From Eledone cirrhosa (Eukaryota): a stretch of 64,000 nt of DNA. Where the stretch lies: the NCBI GenBank assembly GCA_964016885.1, contig OZ024740.1, forward strand, positions 90,520,001 through 90,584,000. The letters run 5' to 3'. Below the pieces are notes generated by a model. It ran no database searches, had not been told where the DNA came from, and saw only the letters and a list, made by a program, of their open reading frames with translations. Below, in pieces: positions 54,623 to 64,000 of the stretch. Each line of letters begins with the position of its first letter. The first letter of the stretch is position 1. The position numbers were made by a program, and so were the translations under genes.

Positions 54623-55705
54623 GGAAGGGGAGCGAGAGAGAAAAATAGAAAGAGAGAGGAAATCACAGGAGAGTGTGCCTTATTATACATATCTTAGCTT
54701 ATATTCTCTTCACGCTAGTGGTTAGAATCCTGTAATGAAGGCACACTCTCCTATGTTTTACCTCTCTATACTGTATTTTAAAGTGCCCAGGAAAACTATA
54801 TATATATATATAAAGACAGCAATATGTTTTAAATTCAACTTATTATATTTGTTACGTAGCAGTTGTTATACGAATTTCACTGGTTTCTGTTACGTAATTG
54901 TGAAAATATTGATACTATTTCGTCAGCATGTCTCAAGTGTTTAGATATTAAAGTTGATACTGATCCAACCGCACACATGCACGCACAAATATATACACAC
55001 AAACACACACATATATACAAGAATATACATACCTATACGTTTCTTACCCATTTAGTAACGGATCCATGAGGAATAATCTATTCTTCCAATGTAAAGTGAC
55101 CTCATAAAAGACTGCTTGTATATGCATCAGGGCAATCTAAACCAGGTATTAGGACCTGTGGTACAATTATTTATCTCAGTATGTGACACATTGTAACTAA
55201 TCCATCATTGCACTACCCTACACAACTATATGCAACAGAAAAATTTGACCATGTGCCATGCCCATATATATTTAATCCTACTAAAACTAGCATACATACA
55301 TGCTGGGTTATTCTAAACATGGAAATAGAATAATATAACACGCTATCTAAGACTAAAATCAAGGATAATAATTAGTATACAAACCGAGACCACATAGGCA
55401 CCATTGATAGTATTACATGTTCGTAATATTAAATCATACATGACTTAGAATCTAAAAGCAGTAATTAGTCTAGATATCTATTGCGAAAGTGCAACCTAGA
55501 TTCCCAGTTTCTCACTCTATAATTTAACACCTGCTCACATATATTCATACCTATTATTTTCCATTCCTTTAATCAAATCTAATATTTGTGTCATTTAACA
55601 TGTTGATATTATTATATGTATGTTGTATGGATAGGCACACACACACACACACAGACACACACACACTCACTCACACGCGCTCACAACCGTGCATATATAT
55701 ATATA

Positions 55706-55756
<51 letters not shown>

Positions 55757-55873
55757 TTTATTAAAATAACAGATTAATAATAAATATTTGCTCTACGGTT
55801 GTTATATATTTGATATATATTTATCCTTATCGAGCCCTCTTTGGATTTTAGTCTTCAAATTTATTATTATTAC

Positions 55874-55958
<85 letters not shown>

Positions 55959-55968
55959 AACCAGTAAG

Positions 55969-56062
55969 ACCCCGACAGCTGAGCTCAAGCCGTTTCGACG
56001 GCTAATTCTGGACTAAATGAAAATTTATTCTGGTATTTAAATAGCCGATCTTCTCAAGGGGT
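55969..56062 (-). ncRNA. Type-I hammerhead ribozyme, U3-A8 core (family N)
   Basis: Reverse complement of 57953-58046. Confidence 0.8.
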
Positions 56063-57269
56063 AATTCCATATATGGTCAAAGTGATTGTCAACAATCAGT
56101 AGTAATTCTGTGGTTGCAAATTAGTAGGGGAGATGGTGGCTAAACCTGCCAGTAGGAGAAAGAGGGGAGGGGGTGGAGTAGACCCAATCAAGCGTTGGTA
56201 GTGCCAGCTACAGCTGGGCATGAGGTCAAAGAAGATACAGGGGAGGGGGAGGAAGTCGGAACGGTAGGTAGAACAATGGGGGGTAGAAATATATAGGAAG
56301 GAAAAATACTGAGAGTGAAGAAAAGCAAATAAGTGTAAAGAAAAAAGTAAAGTAAATTAAATTCTACGACCTAGGTCTCAGGCTATTGTTAGGCTAGAAT
56401 AAAATAAATAAAGAAAGAAAGAAGTAAAGAAAGAAATAAAAAAAGAAATAACGAAATAAGTAAAAGAACTAGGTGGGACGAAATAGGCATGGACCCTTTT
56501 AAGAGGTATAAGTACGTAAATGATACGGTGACGGGTCAACAAAAGGGGCCAAAATACTAAAGAGACTACCACGAAATAAACAATAAAGTTTTCCATCCCG
56601 GGCCAGCAACGACCCAGTGCAGCAAAGTGAACTTGTACGAGATAATAATTCTGAGTCCCGAGAAAAATATATACTAATGCTAACTCTAAAAGATCTAAAA
56701 CAAGCTACATGAAAGTTCGTACGAAATAAAGGTAGAATACGGAGAAATAAATTCAGAATCCACCCCGCCCAGAAGAAAGGCGAAGCAAGAAATACTGAAA
56801 CGAAAAAATAAGGCATAAGTGCCACTAAGAAATATAGAGGGCACAGAGAATAGTGGGAGCGGTCGGAAAAAGGGGGCAAGTATCCGGGGTCTAAGCCAAC
56901 TGCTATAAAGGGCGGAGTCCGCCAAATCTATCATATACTAGGGGAGGGGGTGGTGGGGGTACTAAGGCTACATGGGGCCAAAGGGCAGCCTCGGGTGGGC
57001 GAGAAAAGACGCCGACAAAGGAGAAGAGCTGGGGTAGAAGGACTAAGGAGAGAGGGGGGAAGGAAATAAAGGAAGCGATAAAAGAATACAAAGAAGATCT
57101 TACGTCTTCCTTGGCAAGCAGGGGTTACCCATTGCAAAATCGGCAAGTGGGGTGTTATAGCCCTAGTCTACCCCCCCGGGTCATTATGGGGTTTGAGGGC
57201 GAGGTGGACCATAACGCACCAAAGTACTCAATACTTGAGGTAGTAGAGTGGGTAATAAGAACCAGTAAG

Positions 57270-57357
57270 ACCCCGACAGCTGAGCTCAAGCCGTTTCGAC
57301 GGCTAATTCTGGACTAAATGAAAATGTATCCTGGTATTTAAATAGCCGATCTTCTCA
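57270..57357 (-). ncRNA. 5'-truncated hammerhead ribozyme (family N)
   Basis: Same motif, but cut inside the core by the inversion junction; the 5' strand of stem I is absent. Confidence 0.6.
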
Positions 57358-57952
57358 GAATTATTATCTCGTACAAGTTCACTTTGCTGCACTGGGTCGT
57401 TGCTGGCCCGGGATGGAAACCTTTATTGTTTATTTCGTGGTAGTCTCTTTAGTATTTTGGCCCCTTTTGTTGACCCGTCACCGTATCATTTACGTGCTTA
57501 TACCTCTTAAAAGGGTCCTTGCCTATTTCGTCCCACCTAGTTCTTTTACTTATTTCGTTATTTCTTTTTTTATTTCTTTCTTTACTTCTTTCTTTCTTTC
57601 TTTATTTTATTCTAGCCTAACAATAGCCTGAGACCTAGGTCGTAGAATTTAATTTACTTTACTTTTTTCTTTACACTTATTTGCTTTTCTTCACTCTCAG
57701 TATTTTTTCCTTCCTATATATTTCTACCACCCATTGTTCTACCTACCGTTCCGACTTCCTCCCCCTCCCCCTCCCCTGTATCTTCTTTGACCTCATGCCC
57801 AGCTGTAGCTGGCACTACCAACGCTTGATTGGGTCTACTCCACCCCCCCCATATTTCTCCTACTGGCAGGTTTAGCCACCATCTCCCCTACTAATTTGCA
57901 ACCACAGAATTACTACTGATTTTTGACAATCACTTTGACCATATATGGAATT

Positions 57953-58046
57953 ACCCCTTGAGAAGATCGGCTATTTAAATACCAGGATAAATTTTCATTT
58001 AGTCCAGAATTAGCCGTCGAAACGGCTTGAGCTCAGCTGTCGGGGT
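57953..58046 (+). ncRNA. Type-I hammerhead ribozyme, U3-A8 core (family N)
   Basis: ACCCC-TTGAGAA-GAtCGGCTA..loop..TAGCCGTC-GAA-ACGGCT tgagctc AGCTGT-C-GGGGT; all three stems form, GUC site. Confidence 0.82.
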
Positions 58047-58138
58047 CTTACTGGTTCTTATTACCCACTCTACTACCTCAAGTATTGAGTACTTTGGTGC
58101 GTTATGGTCCACCTGGTTCCTTACCACATTTCCTTCGT

Positions 58139-58176
<38 letters not shown>

Positions 58177-59044
58177 GGTGAGTGTGAGTGTGTGTGTGTG
58201 TGTGTATGTGTGTGTGTGTGTGTGTGTATGTGTGTGTGTGTATGTGTGTATGTGTGTGTGTGTGTTTGTGCGTGTGTTTGTTTACATATATCCTTATATG
58301 TTCGCACTTATCGTGCATTACAATGTATTCAAATATATCCATGTTTAATTTCAATTTGGTACATGGTAGATATCAAGACAGATGAATACCATTTGGACGA
58401 AGAGAAGTATTTGATCTACTATGAGGTCAAATAAATATCATATATCTTGTACGATCACCAGTGAGTTGACATATTTGTAGATCTTGTTATTGATAATATT
58501 GCAATTGGTTTTGTCGTTATTGTTTCTACTTTGAACTACAATTACAATCCACCACATAACCGGAATGTCTTAATACCACACTTACTCTCTCACAATAGAT
58601 TACACCATACAGCTCCCTAAGAGCATTCTGAAATTTATCCCAGTCCAGATACTAGATTTAGCGACATTTTATTTAATCCCTGCACTAATATAATAAGCCA
58701 CCTGGGAGACCCTCACGATTCATCCATCCATTTTACCAGGAAAAGGTAGAAATGGAGTGAAACGATCATAGGATAGTTAGAGTTAACAAATGATTTAAGT
58801 GGAAATATCCGACGTAATGCTCTACAGAAATTCCCTAGAGGCCGTTAAAAATAATCCTATGTTCCATGGTCTTCAAGTGACAACATCTAAAATTACTCGT
58901 CCTGAACATATCGCATTATGAATAAATACATAATGGCTATATTTAAATATAAGAGTAGGAAATAGTGTCATGGGGGTTTAGCTGGTCCGATGCTGCCTCA
59001 CCGGACGTGTGGGATTCCAGTTGAATAAGAAGTGGATCAAACAG

Positions 59045-59390
59045 GATCTAAACAATTCTGTCTCGGAATTTAGGTATGTTTCCAGTGAGTATAAACCCTG
59101 ATATAAATTTCTGATGAAGTAGAACGGACATCTCTGTCTTCCATTTGTGTATGGAATGGAACATTTCGAGCATTTTCCATATAATAACGCGTGATACTAA
59201 TTTCCCTTTTAGTTGGCAGGTACACTTTGCCAGCACTTTGGTGTTTCTCATGTTGTAACGCATAAATATAGGGTAGAGAAGTGCTTGTAGAAAATTTGCT
59301 TAAATTGATCTTGGACAATACCTGCATATTTTTCTTTGTGGGATTTTAAAGTGTGGGTGGGTGTCTATTTGTCATATATATAAACTATTC
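59045..59390 (-). pseudogene. Decayed Penelope-like GIY-YIG endonuclease fragment
   Basis: KYAGIVQDQFKQIFYKH..WKML..PYTNGRQRC..LNSETEL, spread across frames. Confidence 0.6.
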
Positions 59391-59626
59391 CTTGAATCCA
59401 TTCTCTCGAACGGCCTTGTTAGTTCCGCGCTGCTTTCCCATTTATTCCTCTACTTGATGATGAGTTCGATATTCTATGGATAATGTTGAACAGCTGGTTT
59501 GTTTAATTAGTAAATTAAGGCAGTCAATACTTAACAGTAAGCTTTAGTCTGTTAAATACATCTACGCACGCAAAAAACATATCTATATATACAAACATAA
59601 TGTACGTATATATATATATATATACA

Positions 59627-59818
59627 TAATTGTTTCTACGTTAGGCACAAGGCCAGCAATTACCCAGTGTATTACTGGTACTTTATTTTATCGACGCCGT
59701 AAGGATGAAAGGCTAAGTTAACCTCGGCGGGATTTGAACTCAGAATGGCAAGGGCCGTAACTCTATGCGCCAAAGCATGGCATCCGACACTCTACCAATA
59801 CTGCCAATTCACCACCTT
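59627..59818 (-). mobile_element. Full-length tRNA-derived SINE
   Basis: Minus strand GGTGGTGAATTGGCAGTATTGG (A-box), GAGTTCAAATCC (B-box), conserved body and 3' tail. Confidence 0.88.
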
Positions 59819-60102
59819 ATATACGTATGTATGTATATGTGTTTGTGTGTAAGTATATTTATCAGGCTAACGCTTACTAATGAGTATTGACTGTCTTGAT
59901 TTACTAATTAATTGATTTAATTATGATAATTTCTTTTCTTGGTCAAATGAAACTGCGATATAAGGATCTTTCACATGTAACACACATACACACACACCTA
60001 CATATATGTATGTTGTCTTAAGTATTTTTGCTTGGAATGTTTACTTTTATTATAATATATGTATCCGTTTACCTAAATAACAATTTTCTCAATGATATTC
60101 TG

Positions 60103-60195
60103 CAAAATATAGTTTTAGTCTGTATAAGCATGAACAAAATATAGTTTTAGTCTGTATAAGCATGAACAAAATATAGTTTTAGTATGTATAAGCAT
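60103..60195. repeat. 32-bp minisatellite x3
   Basis: CAAAATATAGTTTTAGTCTGTATAAGCATGAA repeated. Confidence 0.9.
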
Positions 60196-60235
60196 TTGAA
60201 GACCATTCGCTATTTCTTTAAAGTATTGACATTGT

Positions 60236-60395
60236 CGCTTACTTAAATTTTCGGCAGACAGGAGGAGATAAGTTGACAGCTCTGTTTCGTACTTTTTTGG
60301 TACTTATCAAAACTCACTACTCTCCCTCTCTGCCGAAAATTGTGTGTGTTGGATTCTCATAGATTTCCAGTGACAATCAGAAACAAATTTTACAG
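60236..60395 (-). mobile_element. Family F fragment with degenerate U3-A8 HHR (60272-60317), abutting the truncated Penelope RT
   Basis: Minus strand TTGATAA-GTAC caaaaaa GTAC-GAAAC; flanking stem AATTTTCGGCAGA/TCTGCCGAAAATT. Confidence 0.65.
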
Positions 60396-60396
60396 A

Positions 60397-62915
60397 GATA
60401 AATTTGAGTCCCTTTATCACGACTTCTTTTTTGATGCGTTGTGGGGGTTCATTGTGGAAATTATCCAGCCAGAATTGGATAGCTTCTATTCCTAGGTTGT
60501 GGGGGATGTTGGAGTATAGGTTGACTACATCGAACGTCACTAGTAGGGTTTGTTCAGAAAGTGGCATATTAGGGAGGTGATTGTGCATATCTAGGTCGTC
60601 CCTTATATAGCTTTTGATGTGTTTGAGGAAGGGTTTGAGAAGGGTATCAATGAAGTTGCTAAGGCGGTAGGTTTCGCAAGCGGGGCCTGCTATTATAGGT
60701 CTTAATTTGAGATCATTGGGTGAGGGGACATTGATGACTATGTCTGTAGCTTCCTTGCATGCCTTACTTATTGATTCGCTTTTATATACTTTAGGGATAC
60801 CGTAGAAAAGGCTGGATTTACTTGTGGAGTATGTGATGAAGCTGAATTCCATGTTAGTGAGTCCTTCTTTGTATTGGTTGATTAGAGTTTTTAGGTTTCT
60901 CATAATTTTCTGTTGATTGTAGTGTTCAGCCTCTTCGTAGTATGCTTCGTTTTCCAAAGTGGAGAGCGCTAGGTTGATATAGAATTATGTCTCCATTAGA
61001 ACTAATGTACTTCCTTTATCAGCCTCTTTAATTGTAATGGTTCTGTCGGTTTTTAATCTAATTAATTCTTCCCATTCTTTCTTGCTGAGGTTTGGCTTGT
61101 ATTTTTGTCTGTGCAAGTGTTGGTAAGGGAAGTTTGTGATGTGTTCACAGAATTCGTCCATGATTTTATTTCTACCTTTTGGAGGGGTGTAATTGCTTCT
61201 ATTTCTGGCTAATGATTCATCCTCATTGTACTGGTCGAATAGTTGTTCACTAAGTCGTAACTATCTACAGAAGTCTGTGATGTCTTCCTTCATTTCATAG
61301 TAGTTAGGACGTAGTGGGGTCGGTGTGAATTTAAGACCTTTGGAGAGTAAGTTGATAAGGTTGGGTGTTGGTTCTGCACTAGTAAGATGATCATTTTTAT
61401 TACTATCGGTTTCTCCTCCCTGTTTTGTGTTATTTTGTTTGCCTGTATCTGTGTGCTGTGTCTAAAAAATGGTTGGGGTAGAGGGGTTGTCTGCTGATGT
61501 TAAGTGGTCACCTGTGTTTGTTATATTCCTTGTTGTTGTAAAATGTGGTTCGGGTTGGTGGTTGTAGATTGAATGGGGTGTTCCTGTACTGCGAGTATGG
61601 GTGTGTGTTTCTATGTGCCATGTTGTATTGTGGTGCTTTAAGTGGCCTACGTTGTTGGTTGTATCGTGTGGTGTGGGTTTGTTGTGTATTGTGATGGCGA
61701 GAGTTGAGAAAATGGTAATTACCTTGCTGTCCCCTTGAAGCGGGGAAGTTGTTACATCTATCATGGTGGTGGTATCTTTTCCCTATGTTTGACGATGAGG
61801 CATCCGCGTAGTAGTTGAGTGATTTGGTATGGTGTCTCCTTGAGGGGGGAGAGTTGTAAATGTCATTCTGGGGGAGATGATTTCTTGGGTTTTTGTTCCT
61901 TCTTATGGTAGCGAGGTTGGGAAGTTCATCGGTGTGGTGCTTCCTTCTTCATTTGTTAGAGGCTTGGGGGTTTGAGAAGTTGTTGTGCGGTTCAGTTATG
62001 GGTTTTCCTATTTTTATGAACGGATTATTGGAGGTGTAATCCGTTTGAAAAGTCGATTCAAAGCGGCACTTTTTCCCAGCGTTGAAGCGATTTCAGTTAT
62101 TCTCTGTTGCAGTCCCCTTTCCATAATTTGGAGATCTTCTCTACCTTGGGGCCTTCAGTTTTGTTGTTGATTACCAGAAGGATCTCTTCATCGATGGTTT
62201 TGATTTTCTCCTCATTTGTCTGGGCCCTCAGTTTAAAATGTTCTATTTCTGTCTTCATTTTTTCCAATGCCATTCTTTCCCTAAGATGTCTTTGAGGTTC
62301 GGGTTCATTTGGAATGGACTTTATTTGTAGTTTACGGGGGAGAGTTAGAGGGGTTGAGTTAAGCCATTTTTCATATATCTCTGCTTTGTTGTGATTTTGT
62401 ATCATCTTCCAGAATGAGAACTTTCTGTCTCTGAGGGATTTGTTCCATTTTGGAATTCTTCGAATTTTCATTTTGTATGAATCAATCTCACATGGTTCTT
62501 CGTTAGTTTTTCCTGGGTTGGTAGTAGTGAACATAGTTTGGATAGTATCGCAAAGGTTTTGGAGTTTGTCGCCGATTTCGGAGGGTTTGTATCCGGTGGC
62601 GGTTTCCTTATTTGTGGAGTCAAGTTTGTCGACCAGCAAAGATAGGTTGGTGTTGATTTTCTTGAGTTCCTGTAGGATCTCTTCATTTGAGTTGATGAGG
62701 GTTGTATCCGTTTTTGTTGGCATTTTCTGTATCTCGTGTGAGGATATGATAGTTAAAAGAATAGAGGTGTAACACACAAGTTATTATATATTTGTAAACT
62801 GAATAGAAAATCGTGACAAATTGTTCACGGTTGAAAAATGATTTAATTAGGAATAAAAGAGTATTAGTAATTGTATGGGTTAGTATTCAGTTGTGGTTTT
62901 AATAAATTGTTGTGG
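60397..62915 (-). mobile_element. Penelope-like element 5' part: N-terminal coiled-coil region (62097-62777) and RT N-half, 3'-truncated
   Basis: LLSKGLKFTPTP, NLSKKE..L..L..ITIKEADKG, FYGIPKVYK, LRPIIAGP, SYIRD, LVTFDVVNLYSNIPH. Stops are present; the element starts at (TA)n. Confidence 0.9.
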
Positions 62916-63011
<96 letters not shown>

Positions 63012-63014
<3 letters not shown>

Positions 63015-63945
63015 TTATATAATTATATATTCGTGTACAGATATTTGTGCATACACAAAAACAATATATAAACAAACGTATTTATTTCACGAAAGCACAG
63101 ACGGCTTATCGTCATTGTTATTGCCAATATGCCACCCAAAATGTCCCACTACCTTTGGCAGAAGGCCAGAAATTACAAGTCCGCGGTTCGGAAACCACAT
63201 GCATCACTGACGAGTTTACTCTTTACTCTACCAGTTAGTCTTAGTGTACTTTGTCCAGCGTTTAGGTCATGCCTCGAAGGAAGATATACTCCATTGACCG
63301 AAATACTGCGAAAGCAGCAAAAAAGAGAACAAGGCGAACAAACGAATCCTCAGTGGAATCTGCTATTTGCCGGTCGCAAGATGATGAACGTACTGCCGCC
63401 AGAAGAGCACTTGAAACAGACAACCAACGAACCATTCGCCGAACCGTGTCAGCTTTGTGATGTCTATCAAAATATCCCAGGGTCAGACCCTAGTGTTGCT
63501 TGTCTTCTTTTGGAAGAGTCAAGTTTTACACACGCGCAACTATACGTTGGCTTCTCAAGAAAGGGATGCAAGTCAAATATCCTTGCATATGTCCGACACG
63601 GAAGAACAAGAAACATTGTGTACAAGGAGGTGCTACAATCATTGTTTGGGTAGACGAGGCAGAAGGGGATATACACGATTGGCTGAAGAAGGACGAGATT
63701 GTGGAAGTAGTACGACCAACGGCTGGTATCACACCAACAGCAGCAAAAACCAACAACACAACTGAGAGGGAACGCAATTACATGCTTTTGAAAAATATTA
63801 ATGGAAAATGATTTGCCTAAGCACAAAATGTAGACACCGTTGCCAGGCCGAGGTATTCCGTACTTCTCTGTACTGTTTCAGAAAGGAGGTATAAACATGC
63901 TAATCTATGTTTAGAAGCCTGAGCAACGTTGGGCCATTCTTCTAG
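63012..63945 (+). mobile_element. Internally deleted Helitron
   Basis: MPRRK..R-rich N-terminus (63269) fused to a PIF1 helicase C-terminus (MSIKISQGQTL; FTHAQLYVGFSR; TRNIVYKEVL); 3' hairpin GCCTGAGCAACGTTGGGC then CTAG/T at 63942-63945. Confidence 0.85.
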
Positions 63946-64000
63946 TATATATATATAGCTGGATGTGTAAATAAATTTCTTATGTATTTATATATGCATA

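Larger units (their letters stand above)
55955..58140. mobile_element. Family N 2.2-kb non-coding element: HHR-bearing terminal repeats on the minus strand plus a ~700-bp inverted duplication
   Basis: Direct repeat 55955-56057 / 57256-57357; inverted arms 55955-56655 / 57354-58060; (TA)n on both sides; no protein domain. Confidence 0.88.

Noticed and set aside
55790-55840. Minus-strand TCGATAA-GGATA..TATC-AAATATATA, a possible decayed U3-A8 HHR
   Set aside because: Two core positions are broken and there is no stem I.
60103-60195. 32-bp repeats as a CRISPR-like array
   Set aside because: Head-to-tail with no spacers, eukaryotic context, no cas genes.

Overview
AT-rich, gene-poor eukaryotic DNA, probably intergenic or intronic. 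It looks cephalopod (octopod-like), judged from the dominant tRNA-derived SINE and the very frequent (TA)n/(CA)n microsatellites; that is inference. I found no host protein-coding exon, and most short ORFs in the track are microsatellite artefacts. Recognisable elements are decayed Penelope-like retroelements (RT and GIY-YIG fragments), an internally deleted Ty3/Gypsy LTR element, RTE-clade LINE fragments, Helitron derivatives and SINEs. The main signal is not in the ORF track: about 28 type-I hammerhead ribozyme (HHR) motifs, intact or degenerate, from about 14 apparently distinct non-coding repeat families. Most sit in or next to (TA)n tracts. Many occur as tandem multimers (retrozyme-like) and/or carry a Penelope-style inverted segment. 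Three families use a compensated U3-A8 catalytic core. The Gypsy element also has a 47-nt copy of its tRNA-Trp primer exactly at its deletion breakpoint. All folds and alignments were done by eye, and boundaries are approximate to a few bases.
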